DNA of 64,000 nucleotides. Source: a virus. A program made the translations under genes and the position numbers. Shown here piece by piece: positions 50,414-60,063 of the stretch. Below the pieces are notes generated by a model. The model worked only from the letters and a program-made list of their open reading frames with translations. It was not told the DNA's origin and made no database searches. Location: positions 1 through 64,000 of the IMG/VR virus record IMGVR_UViG_3300046698_000515, one strand, 5' to 3'. Each line of letters starts with the position of its first letter. Position 1 is the stretch's first letter.

Positions 50414-51343
50414 ATGGATATATTTAACTCACTTTGGATTGAAAAATACCGTCCCGCTATTTTAGGTGATTTAGTTTTAAGTAAAGAAAACTTAGATACA
50501 TTTAATGTTTACCGTAAAGAGCAGAATATACCTAATCTACTTTTTGTAGGCAACCCAGGTACAGGAAAGTCGACCCTTGCTAAGGTGACTGTAAAGGATA
50601 TTCTTGATTGTCAATACATGTACATTAATGCATCAGATGAATCAGGTATTGATACTATTCGGAACAAGGTAATAGGATTTGCACAAACAAAGAGTATTGA
50701 TGGTAAAATTAAGGTAATTATTTTAGATGAAGCGGATGGAATTTCAGGCGATGGCCAGCGTGCTTTGCGTAATGTAATGGAAGAATATTCACAAATTTCA
50801 AGATTTATTTTAACTGCAAATTTTCGCTCTCGTATCATATTACCATTGCAAAGTAGGTGCCAAATATTTGATTTAGTTCCACCTATTGAAAATATTATTA
50901 CAAGACTAAAATTTATTCTTGATACTGAAAAAATAAAATACAATATAAATGATATTGAGCAAATTTCACGTGAAAATTATCCAGATTTACGTAAATGTAT
51001 TAGCCAAATACAACGATATAGTAAAAATGCTAATCTATTATTACCAATAAAGGCTGAAGTAAACGACTTTATTGAATCTTTGTTTAAACTATTACAAAAT
51101 GGACATGTGTTAAAAATAAGAAAATGGGTTATTGAAAGTGAGATCAAATTTGGAAATGATTATCCCTTCCTCTTAAAACAATTATTTGATTATGTATATA
51201 TTCAAAAACTTGACAGTGATTGTAAAAAACAATTATTAATAATAATTGCTGAATATCTTTGGAGAAATTCACAGGTATTAGATCAAGAAATTAATGCATA
51301 TGCATGTTTTTTACAAATAAATGAAGTATTAATTAAAAAGTAA
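50414..51343 (+). CDS. sliding-clamp loader subunit (gp44/RFC-small-like)
   Basis: WIEKYRP, GNPGTGKS, NASDE.GID.IR, ILDEAD, ALR..ME, LQSRC. Confidence 0.92.
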   Translation: MDIFNSLWIEKYRPAILGDLVLSKENLDTFNVYRKEQNIPNLLFVGNPGTGKSTLAKVTVKDILDCQYMYINASDESGIDTIRNKVIGFAQTKSIDGKIKVIILDEADGISGDGQRALRNVMEEYSQISRFILTANFRSRIILPLQSRCQIFDLVPPIENIITRLKFILDTEKIKYNINDIEQISRENYPDLRKCISQIQRYSKNANLLLPIKAEVNDFIESLFKLLQNGHVLKIRKWVIESEIKFGNDYPFLLKQLFDYVYIQKLDSDCKKQLLIIIAEYLWRNSQVLDQEINAYACFLQINEVLIKK

Positions 51344-51449
51344 ATGGCAAAAACACACACAAGTACAATTCCTATTAAATATCCAGTAGATTTACAAGGT
51401 CAAAGATTTAATAAATTAACAGTTATTAAATTTACTCGCTAAATATTTA

Positions 51450-51812
51450 TTATTCATCATGAATTCTTTTTAATGTTTCGGGATTAGGAATATAATCTGA
51501 ATAAAAGCTAACTGAAAGTAATTCTTTAATTGCAAGTTCTATTGGTAAATATATTAATACAGAAGGCTTATTTTTTGTAGCTGTATTAAATAATTCAATA
51601 ATTACCAAATTTTTTGTTCTTTCTACTACAATACCTTTACCTTTTGTAGGTGGATGTATATCATTTCCAAATATTGATGATAATAATGTCGATGTTTCTG
51701 AATCAAGAGGTAATGATTTTTCATGTGTTTTATACTCACAAATGGTGCCAACAGGAAATAAATTTTTATTTCTCTGATATGCTTCAAAAATTAATTGTGA
51801 GTCTTTATTCAT
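51450..51812 (-). CDS. LIFEAY-tagged protein
   Basis: N-terminus MNKDSQLIFEAY. Confidence 0.75.
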   Translation of the reverse strand: MNKDSQLIFEAYQRNKNLFPVGTICEYKTHEKSLPLDSETSTLLSSIFGNDIHPPTKGKGIVVERTKNLVIIELFNTATKNKPSVLIYLPIELAIKELLSVSFYSDYIPNPETLKRIHDE

Positions 51813-52087
51813 TATTTTAAATATTCTGCAGAAAATATTAATTTATTATTGTCTGAAAATTCACCAACACCTTCTTCTTCCCAATTACTTTTTATTAATC
51901 CTTTTTGTGCTAAATCATATAAAATATCATCCATACCTGGACAATTTCCACCATAAACAGGTTTTGCTAATTTACATAATTTTTCATGTGTTATTCCTTC
52001 ATTTTGTTTAATCAAATTCAACACATCATTTTCATATGTTCTGTGCTTTTTATAAGCTTCAAAAATTAATTGCGAATCTTTATTCAT
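51812..52087 (-). CDS. LIFEAY-tagged protein, possible wHTH body
   Basis: N-terminus MNKDSQLIFEAY. Confidence 0.75.
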   Translation of the reverse strand: MNKDSQLIFEAYKKHRTYENDVLNLIKQNEGITHEKLCKLAKPVYGGNCPGMDDILYDLAQKGLIKSNWEEEGVGEFSDNNKLIFSAEYLK

Positions 52088-52440
52088 TATAGAACACTAC
52101 CACGTTTATAGAGTGCTTTGGTCCCAGTACCGGGTTTTACAACAGGACCATCAGAAGAATGCATATCTACAAGTTCTTGTGCTAATTCCTTAATAACTTC
52201 AAATTTTGCATCTTGTTCTTGAGGATTACCAGGATTATGCTCAAGTTGAACAATAGTTTGTAAAATTTCATTACCTATTGTAACTTCTCGTTTTTCAGCA
52301 GGATTTGACATATCTGTCTCATCATGTTGAGGAGTTTCAGGAGCTGGTTGTTCACCTTCTTCTTTTATAACTTTTGTTCTTGATTGTTTAAAGGCTTCGA
52401 ATATTAAGCGATCGTCTCGTTTCATAAGTGGTATTGTCAT
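52087..52440 (-). CDS. LIFEAF-tagged acidic protein
   Basis: MKRDDRLIFEAF; AATAAATA upstream. Confidence 0.7.
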   Translation of the reverse strand: MTIPLMKRDDRLIFEAFKQSRTKVIKEEGEQPAPETPQHDETDMSNPAEKREVTIGNEILQTIVQLEHNPGNPQEQDAKFEVIKELAQELVDMHSSDGPVVKPGTGTKALYKRGSVL

Positions 52441-52457
52441 AAATATTTATTAGTAAT

Positions 52458-54203
52458 ATGATTGATTTTGAAGAATATTGTAAGAATTCACTTTTATTAG
52501 AATACAACCAGGCAATAATTGTAATGCTAATAGAAAAATTTAAGAAAGAGCGAAAAAATCTGACAGATCAACAAATATACTATTATATTAATAGATTTGA
52601 TCAGGTAAGAAATTCTCCTAGATTTGTTGAAATTGTAAGTGCTACTTATCCAGCTATTACTAATCCAAAAGATATTTTGCAATTTACATTCAGACAAATA
52701 GAATCTATTGTTGACCAATTTCCACAACGCGAAAAACAAACTCCTACACCGCAAAATAATTTATCACAAGAAGATCCTTATAAAGATTTACAATTAGTTT
52801 CTAGTGCAAATGGATTAAAAATATATCACGCAACAAGTCAACAAGGATGTATCGCTATTAATAAGGGTATATTTGATAGAACATATAATTTTTGTGTTTC
52901 TACTAGTAGTGCAGGCAATCTTTATAATAATTATAGATTTAGTGGTAAAGGATATTCATTTTATTTTGTTTATGATCCTTCATTAAATAAGGCAAATATT
53001 CTACATTTATTAGTTTTACAAATCAGTCCTTCTGGAAAAATAATATTTACTACCGCTGCTAATACAGGAAACAGCCAAATTTCTTGGAAAGAATTACTTA
53101 AAATGCAGCCAAAATTAAAGGGGCTTGAAAGTGTTTTTTCGTTTCATCCTTATACACGAGAAGAGAAAATAATAAAAGCAATTGAAAGTAGATCACCTAC
53201 ACAATTTGGTAGACTTAGCTATGATGATAAGAAAATGTATATACAATTAGGTGGTGAAATAAATGTAATCAATTATAGAGCTTTACCAGGAGAATTAAAA
53301 TTAGTGTATATTAATCATTTACCTTTCACTAAACGGTTAAAAGAAAATATAGTTAACTGGATTAAACAGCATGAACCAAATAATTGGGCACGTTTACAAG
53401 AATTATTACATTTAGAAGAGTTTAAAAATTTATCACAAATTGGAATACTACGTAAATTGAAATTTTTTAATAATCCATGTTTTGCTAAATTAGCTTATAG
53501 AAACTTAGGCATTAATCCAATAACAATAAAATTAGGAAGGAGTACCGTTATTAATGACCAATGTTGTTTAATTTTTCCGTATAAAGATGCTGAACAGTTA
53601 TTATCAACAGTAACACAAAACAACTTAAATAAAATACAAGAAAGATTTAAAATAACATGGGATACTATTTATACATATCCATTATTAGTATTTAATTATC
53701 ACTATGCTGCCGCAGCATATGTACTAAAGTGGAGTTATTTTATATTCGGTAAAACAAGAAAAGGTAAACAAGTGATTTATGCAAGAAAAGAAACGTGGTC
53801 ACCGGAAGCGGGGCAAACTTATTTATACACTGAAGAAGGAAAAGGTATGGCAACAGATTATGTAAAACCAACAGAATATTATAGAGGTAATGTAAATCCA
53901 GTAAAATATCCTAAAGGACGTAAACTAAATTTAGAAAATTTTGAAGATTTTAGTAAGAAAACTCTTTTATTAGAATTTAATGAGGCAACTATAAATGAAA
54001 TTGCAGATGCAGCACCAGTTGTAGAACCAGCAGAACCAACTACAATTCCTCGTCCAGTTAAACCCGCTACACCACAACCAAGGCCTCAACATCCTATGCA
54101 ACCAACACGACCTAATATTAAACCGCGTCCTAAAGCAGAAGATGATAATCCTGATGTTGAATTATTTTACCGATTGAGAGGAATTACATATGGGAACAAT
54201 TAA
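52458..54203 (+). CDS. probable internal virion protein, paralog of the middle module of 54190-58248
   Basis: MIDFEEY..LLLE start, second LLLE before a Pro-rich tail; shared IEKFK.E..L....I.YY..RF.Q..NS.[RK]FVE. Confidence 0.75.
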   Translation: MIDFEEYCKNSLLLEYNQAIIVMLIEKFKKERKNLTDQQIYYYINRFDQVRNSPRFVEIVSATYPAITNPKDILQFTFRQIESIVDQFPQREKQTPTPQNNLSQEDPYKDLQLVSSANGLKIYHATSQQGCIAINKGIFDRTYNFCVSTSSAGNLYNNYRFSGKGYSFYFVYDPSLNKANILHLLVLQISPSGKIIFTTAANTGNSQISWKELLKMQPKLKGLESVFSFHPYTREEKIIKAIESRSPTQFGRLSYDDKKMYIQLGGEINVINYRALPGELKLVYINHLPFTKRLKENIVNWIKQHEPNNWARLQELLHLEEFKNLSQIGILRKLKFFNNPCFAKLAYRNLGINPITIKLGRSTVINDQCCLIFPYKDAEQLLSTVTQNNLNKIQERFKITWDTIYTYPLLVFNYHYAAAAYVLKWSYFIFGKTRKGKQVIYARKETWSPEAGQTYLYTEEGKGMATDYVKPTEYYRGNVNPVKYPKGRKLNLENFEDFSKKTLLLEFNEATINEIADAAPVVEPAEPTTIPRPVKPATPQPRPQHPMQPTRPNIKPRPKAEDDNPDVELFYRLRGITYGNN

Positions 54204-57200
54204 TTTTGAAACATTTTATCTTCTCGAATCTGTTTTTGATGATGCTTACACCCATTGGAAGATTGAAGCGGGTGTTGATCCTAGTGGAATAACAGGTGAC
54301 ACTATAGAAGAATACATCGACACATTCAAGATATTAAAACAACGTAACTTTCTAAAAGGATCAGAAGCAGATATTTCTCCATGGATTAAGAAACCTTTCA
54401 GTGATTTTAAAGCCTTTGTTGATGCTAAAAGTAAACAGCACGAGCAGAAAAGCGCCATCAAACGAACAGAAGGAGATATTGAACGCGTATTTGAGAATGA
54501 ATTTTGCACGATAGTCTGTCCTAATACATTTGAAGCTTCGAAGAAATACGGAGCGGGAACTAAATGGTGTATAAGCGGAAATGTTATTCAACACTGGAAG
54601 AGCTATACAGAGAAGGGTACAAAATTCTACTTCATATTACCGAAGAATAATACACATAAATTAGCTGTGGCCGTTTATCAGAATAATTCTTCTAAAGAAG
54701 TGTATAATGAGCTCGATCAGACTATATCTATACAAAAATTTACTGCGCTATTAAAGCAGTATGCTATTCCAAAGACAGTATTATTTACGAACGAAATGGA
54801 TTGGGATAAATGGCTATTACAGCACAAGCACACTATTAATCCTGATGGAAGTGTAGATATAGATGGAGATATGAATCTATCTGAAATGAAGCTGAAGGAG
54901 CTTCCATTTAAGTTTGGAAAAGTAACAGGAAATTTTTACTGTTACAGCAATCAGCTCACGTCACTTCAAGGAGCACCCTCGAAGGTAAGAGGTGATTTTT
55001 ACTGTTCTTACAATCAGCTCACGTCACTTCAAGGAGCACCTTCGGAGGTAAGAGGTGATTTTTACTGTCATTGCAATCAGCTCACGTCGCTTCAAGGAGC
55101 ACCCTCGGAGGTAAGAGGTGATTTTTACTGTTCTGACAATCAGCTCACATCACTTCAAGGAGCACCTTCGGAGGTAGGAGGAGTTTTTTACTGTAATTAC
55201 AATCAGCTCACGTCACTTCAAGGAGCACCCTCGGAGGTAAGAGGTGATTTTTACTGTTCTGACAATCAGCTCACGTCACTTCAAGGAGCACCCTCGAAGG
55301 TAAGAGGTGATTTTTACTGTCATAGCAATCAGCTCACGTCGCTTCAAGGAGCACCTTCGGAGGTAAGAGGGGATTTTTACTGTTTTAGCAATCCAAAATT
55401 AAAACAAGCAGATATTGATAAATTAAAACAATTTTATAAAAATCAAAAAATGAAGAAGAAAAATATAACTGAAGCATTTGAATTAGGAGATAAACCGGAC
55501 ATGTTCCATTCTTCTCGACAGAAGCTTTACAAGAAACCATTACCTGTCGAAGAAACTTTTCCTGATTTAGGAGATACAACAAAAATGAAAAATTTTTCAG
55601 ATTTTTATAACGAAAGACTCTTATTAGAGTTTAATGATGTAACTGTTAAGAAACTTATAGAAAAGTTTAAAACGGAGCAAAATAGTTTATCTAATGAAAA
55701 TATTCTTTATTATTTACAACGTTTTGAACAATTAAAAAATAGTACTAAATTTGTTGAATTAATCAAAGATAAATTTCCAGAAATAACTATTCAAAATGAT
55801 ATATTTCAGTATACCTTTAAACAATTAGAATATGGAGTAGATCAATTTCCTAAAAATAATACGCTACAACAAGCGCTACAACAAGTAAGCCCACAACAGA
55901 ATCTAATCTTATTAGGAGAAAATGAAGGATTAAAAGTATATTATGCTAAAAATGAGCAGGGCTGTATTGAAGTTAATAGTGGTGTGTTTGGTAATACAAA
56001 ACCTTATTCATTTTGTGTTACACGGAAACATAATGGAATGTATGGAAGCTATCGATATGGAAAACATGAATCTTCTTTTTATTTTTTATATGATTCAACA
56101 TTACGTGTAACAGATATTAAACATCTGTTAGTAATACAAGTTACTAAATGTAAAACATTTATTCTAACTTATGCAAATAATACCTATAATGAAGAAATAA
56201 CATTAGAAGAATTATTAAAAATACAACCTAAATTAGCCCCTATTATTAATTTATTAACACATCAGAAATATAATGCTGAAGAAGCAATAGCTAAATGGGT
56301 TGCTAATCATGAATATTATAGTAGTATGCGTACTTATGAAGAGAAAAAAATGTGGTTAGAAATGCGCCCTCGCGGCTTAATACTTCAAGATTTTAAAACA
56401 TTGCCAGATGACTTAAAGAATTTATGGTGTAATGTATATGATGATGGTACGTTTTCCTATATAAATATAAATGAAATATTTAAATATATTTTTTTACACG
56501 AGCCAGCTTTAACAAAAAGATTTTTGCAAAGATTTTATAGACATGAATTTCATAAATTATGTTTTGAAGAGTTAGAGAAAATTTTACCTGCTAATTTAAA
56601 GCAAGAAGTAAAGGAAAATTATTTTGGTAAAGAAAATCTTGAAAAAATAAACACGTTAACAGATCCAATTGAACTTTTTGAACTATTAGCTAAACTTAAT
56701 TATGCTACACTCAATTATGACACAGTTAATAGTAAATTCCCAAAAATTAGTATAATTAGAAATAATAAAAAACTAGTAAATAAGAGGGCGGCAATTGAAA
56801 CAGATTATAATAAGATAGAAAAATATTTACCATCTATAATACAGAGAAATATAAATAACATTAAAGGTAAGTTTAATATAAAATTTAATAAAATTTATCT
56901 TATACCTAACAAACCGTCACGATATGATATCTCACCTGCCTGGCTTTATTATATTTTAGGAACTACAAAAAAAGGAAAAGATGTATTATATTATAGGCGC
57001 CAGGGAATAAACCCTCAATCAACATTTTCAAAATTTTTTATTAATGACAAAATGTATAAACTTGTGAATTTATTCAATAAAGATAATTTTGAACAAATGA
57101 AAAAAATAACAGAAGCATTTGAATTAGGAGATAAACCGGACATGTTCCATTCTTCTCGACAGAAGCTTTACAAGAAACCATTACCTGTCGAAGAAACTTT

Positions 57201-58248
57201 TCCTGATTTAGGAAATACTGCACAGAGATATATTGAATTTATCACAAGCGAAAGCTATAAAAAAGCTGTTGAAAGAATGGAAAGATACTTAGGAATGCAA
57301 GCAACAGGTGAGAATTTACCGCAAGCAATCCAACTAATTTTTAGCTCATACATGCAAGTAATACAATTTCAACAAGGGCATGAGAAACAATTAGCAAAAT
57401 TAGCATTGCAAACAGTTTTAGAATTAGAAGAGTTTAAATTATTTAAAGATCTATGTGATAAAGGATACATTATAGTCGATGCTCAAATTGACACTCCTAA
57501 CTTAGATAATGCATTATTACAAAGTGAAAAGCCAAAAGATAAGAAACAGTTGACTAAAACTGAATTAGCAAATGTTAAAGCAGCACAACTCTTTACTTCT
57601 ACGGATGAAAATGTATTGAAGAGGAAGTTTGCTAATATGATTTCACAAGGTAATGCAGTAAATAAACTTTATTTGTTTCAATTAGCATCTGATAAGTTAA
57701 ACGCAATGCATCCTAGATTAGTTAATTTATATGGCATTACTGCATTAGGAGCACAAATAGCGTATTATGCACAACCTAATATTAAACTAAGTCGTGAAAT
57801 GTTAGAAATGGCTCAAGTAGGATCTGAAGAAGTTACTCCTGAAAAGAATGGACCTGAAAAGAATGGAGTTTATAAGATTACTGCTCGTGCATCACTCTTT
57901 CCTTACTTAATTCATGAAATAGTTAAAGGATTTTATGATTATCTGTCAATGGATTTAGTACCTCAAGAAGAACTAGATAAGGAGACTATTGAGGATGAGA
58001 TGGTAGATATAATGTCAGGTCCTGAATTATACAGCAAAATAACACAATTTATCCCTCAAGATAAGAACTACCTCACTCCGCTCGTGTATAAACTACTAAT
58101 CAACAAACCTATAGCAACTATTAAACAAGTACTATATGGAGGAGGACAGGCCCAGAATATCTATAAGGCTTTAATAGGTGAAGCAGAAGCAGCAATGAAG
58201 AAGTTTAACGAACCAGAAGAACCTACGGATTATAATCCTAAATATTGA
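54190..58248 (+). CDS. modular 1352-aa protein with a 21-aa LRR-like array, probable virion polyprotein
   Basis: Modules start MGTINFETFYLLE, MKKKNITE, MKNFSDFY..LLLE and MKKITE. Confidence 0.8.
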   Translation: MGTINFETFYLLESVFDDAYTHWKIEAGVDPSGITGDTIEEYIDTFKILKQRNFLKGSEADISPWIKKPFSDFKAFVDAKSKQHEQKSAIKRTEGDIERVFENEFCTIVCPNTFEASKKYGAGTKWCISGNVIQHWKSYTEKGTKFYFILPKNNTHKLAVAVYQNNSSKEVYNELDQTISIQKFTALLKQYAIPKTVLFTNEMDWDKWLLQHKHTINPDGSVDIDGDMNLSEMKLKELPFKFGKVTGNFYCYSNQLTSLQGAPSKVRGDFYCSYNQLTSLQGAPSEVRGDFYCHCNQLTSLQGAPSEVRGDFYCSDNQLTSLQGAPSEVGGVFYCNYNQLTSLQGAPSEVRGDFYCSDNQLTSLQGAPSKVRGDFYCHSNQLTSLQGAPSEVRGDFYCFSNPKLKQADIDKLKQFYKNQKMKKKNITEAFELGDKPDMFHSSRQKLYKKPLPVEETFPDLGDTTKMKNFSDFYNERLLLEFNDVTVKKLIEKFKTEQNSLSNENILYYLQRFEQLKNSTKFVELIKDKFPEITIQNDIFQYTFKQLEYGVDQFPKNNTLQQALQQVSPQQNLILLGENEGLKVYYAKNEQGCIEVNSGVFGNTKPYSFCVTRKHNGMYGSYRYGKHESSFYFLYDSTLRVTDIKHLLVIQVTKCKTFILTYANNTYNEEITLEELLKIQPKLAPIINLLTHQKYNAEEAIAKWVANHEYYSSMRTYEEKKMWLEMRPRGLILQDFKTLPDDLKNLWCNVYDDGTFSYININEIFKYIFLHEPALTKRFLQRFYRHEFHKLCFEELEKILPANLKQEVKENYFGKENLEKINTLTDPIELFELLAKLNYATLNYDTVNSKFPKISIIRNNKKLVNKRAAIETDYNKIEKYLPSIIQRNINNIKGKFNIKFNKIYLIPNKPSRYDISPAWLYYILGTTKKGKDVLYYRRQGINPQSTFSKFFINDKMYKLVNLFNKDNFEQMKKITEAFELGDKPDMFHSSRQKLYKKPLPVEETFPDLGNTAQRYIEFITSESYKKAVERMERYLGMQATGENLPQAIQLIFSSYMQVIQFQQGHEKQLAKLALQTVLELEEFKLFKDLCDKGYIIVDAQIDTPNLDNALLQSEKPKDKKQLTKTELANVKAAQLFTSTDENVLKRKFANMISQGNAVNKLYLFQLASDKLNAMHPRLVNLYGITALGAQIAYYAQPNIKLSREMLEMAQVGSEEVTPEKNGPEKNGVYKITARASLFPYLIHEIVKGFYDYLSMDLVPQEELDKETIEDEMVDIMSGPELYSKITQFIPQDKNYLTPLVYKLLINKPIATIKQVLYGGGQAQNIYKALIGEAEAAMKKFNEPEEPTDYNPKY
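54928..55392 (+). repeat. 63-bp tandem array, 7 full units plus 1 partial (GDFYCxxNQLTSLQGAPSEVR)
   Basis: Directly visible near-identical units. Confidence 0.95.
55471..57213 (+). repeat. 102-bp perfect direct repeat at 55471-55572 and 57112-57213
   Basis: Identical copies encoding EAFELGDKPDMFHSSRQKLYKKPLPVEETFPDLG. Confidence 0.95.
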
Positions 58249-58880
58249 CCAGGGTGATCGTATTTTTCTAAATCATGTTTAAATAACTGATTTAATGGAC
58301 CATCAGGATCATATGTTGTTTGTAATGTCCAAGTTCCTTTTCTACCAGTATAAATTTTTGTTGCAATAGTATCTTCACCACTTCCCCAGGCATAATTTGC
58401 ATTTTGTGCAGCTTGTGCTCCAAATTTTTTCTTAATTATCGTTTCTTGTGCCTTACATACTCTATTTTGTAATTCCATATCATGTTCATCTGGTTCATCT
58501 TCTGGAACAGAAGTTGGAATTTTTTCTTTGAGAGGTTTTTTGCTTCGATAATAAGCTTCAAATATTTTAACAGATTCACCTAACGCTCCATAAGAAGGGC
58601 CATTATGTTCATTTTCAATTCCTGGTGATTGAGGCGGAACTTTCTTACTTAAAGGAGTTTTAATAATACTTTGTTGTGCTTCAGGGCTACCGGATGCTTT
58701 TGTGACAAAATCCAATATCATTTTAAATATTTTTTCAAGTTCAGTAGAACCACCCTCTCCTTCTTCTTGAGGATTATTCATGTCACTAGGAAAGCTTCCT
58801 GGATTTGCTTCTGTAAAAAGTTTATCAGGTATATTAGCTTTTTTGTAAGCTTCAAATATTAAATGTGATTCATTATTCAT
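58230..58880 (-). CDS. LIFEAY-tagged protein with two tags
   Basis: MNNESHLIFEAY and internal ESVKIFEAY. Confidence 0.75.
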   Translation of the reverse strand: MNNESHLIFEAYKKANIPDKLFTEANPGSFPSDMNNPQEEGEGGSTELEKIFKMILDFVTKASGSPEAQQSIIKTPLSKKVPPQSPGIENEHNGPSYGALGESVKIFEAYYRSKKPLKEKIPTSVPEDEPDEHDMELQNRVCKAQETIIKKKFGAQAAQNANYAWGSGEDTIATKIYTGRKGTWTLQTTYDPDGPLNQLFKHDLEKYDHPGQYLGL

Positions 58881-59455
58881 TTAATTGTATAACCAAGTTC
58901 TTTACAAGCATATTTAGCAGTTCTGATAGCATCTTGTCCTTCCAACCCTAACCTATGTGCTTTATCAATAGCTAAAGTCCAACAATTTTCAGATTCACTG
59001 CCACCTTCAGCTGATGCATCTGCTAAAAACCTTTCAACATGTCGAATGATTTTATTAACATGAAAAACATTGATACAACGAGACATACCTGGATCACGAA
59101 TTACAATTGTACGCCTAGACCCTGGAAATTTTATCCGGTCACCAACTCGAGAAACTCGATAATTTATTGGTTTTGCTGAACGTAAACTAGCTCGTCCACT
59201 TTTTATTATTTGTAAAAGACCGGAAAGACTTATTTCTTTGTTTATGTCTGTTTCTAATTCTCTAATTGTAACAACTCCATTTTGATTAGCATCAATAGTA
59301 TAATCATGACCTAACATTAAAAGCTGATAACCTGGTCTAATATTTGATTCAGTTTGTTTATCTACCATTTTTGGTTGTTTATCCCAAGATCTCGGCACAT
59401 CTATTGCTTCTTTAATATAAGCTTCAAATATAAGATGTGTGTCATTATTCATCAT
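58877..59455 (-). CDS. LIFEAY-tagged protein
   Basis: MNNDTHLIFEAY. Confidence 0.75.
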   Translation of the reverse strand: MMNNDTHLIFEAYIKEAIDVPRSWDKQPKMVDKQTESNIRPGYQLLMLGHDYTIDANQNGVVTIRELETDINKEISLSGLLQIIKSGRASLRSAKPINYRVSRVGDRIKFPGSRRTIVIRDPGMSRCINVFHVNKIIRHVERFLADASAEGGSESENCWTLAIDKAHRLGLEGQDAIRTAKYACKELGYTIK

Positions 59456-59706
59456 GATGGCTTGTAATTTATTTGTGCGTTATTTGTAAAAGCTGTTATT
59501 ACATTTCCTTCTTGTTTAACAAGTGAAAGAATAACTAATGCTTTAATGAATGGTGTAACATCTTTTCCAGAAAAGTTTTTTAAAAGATTAGCAACATCAG
59601 TTGATTTGTGCCGCTGAATGAAATTAAAAATAGTTTGTAAAGTGAAGAGTACATCGTTTGCTCCACCATTATATGCTTCAAATATTAAACGAGAATCATT
59701 ATTCAT
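59452..59706 (-). CDS. LIFEAY-tagged protein
   Basis: MNNDSRLIFEAY. Confidence 0.75.
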   Translation of the reverse strand: MNNDSRLIFEAYNGGANDVLFTLQTIFNFIQRHKSTDVANLLKNFSGKDVTPFIKALVILSLVKQEGNVITAFTNNAQINYKPS

Positions 59707-59709
59707 AAA

Positions 59710-60060
59710 TTATTGTTGACGTGTTCCATTTCCAGGTTGTAAAGTTGTATTAGTATTTGCTATTGGAGGTTGAGAAGCTGCAGCACCAGGAGCTCTATCA
59801 TCACGCTGATTAGTTATTTGAGTTGTATCTAAACCATATTTTGAAACTAATCTATCAACTTCTGCATCAGGCATAGTTGAAACATTTCCAAGAAAAGGAG
59901 CAAGTCCAAGTTCAACACATTTTTTACCAAACACTTCTAAGCGACGTCGAGCATCAAACATTCCATTTTCATTTGGTGAATATTGAATACTAAAGAGTTT
60001 AGCATCATGAAACCTACTATCTTGATATGCTTCAAATATTAGATATGAATCTTTATTCAT
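59710..60060 (-). CDS. LIFEAY-tagged protein
   Basis: MNKDSYLIFEAY. Confidence 0.75.
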   Translation of the reverse strand: MNKDSYLIFEAYQDSRFHDAKLFSIQYSPNENGMFDARRRLEVFGKKCVELGLAPFLGNVSTMPDAEVDRLVSKYGLDTTQITNQRDDRAPGAAASQPPIANTNTTLQPGNGTRQQ

Positions 60061-60063
60061 GAA

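Noticed and set aside
54928-55392. CRISPR array
   Set aside because: Units are in-frame coding repeats with only 6 hypervariable nt and no unique spacers.
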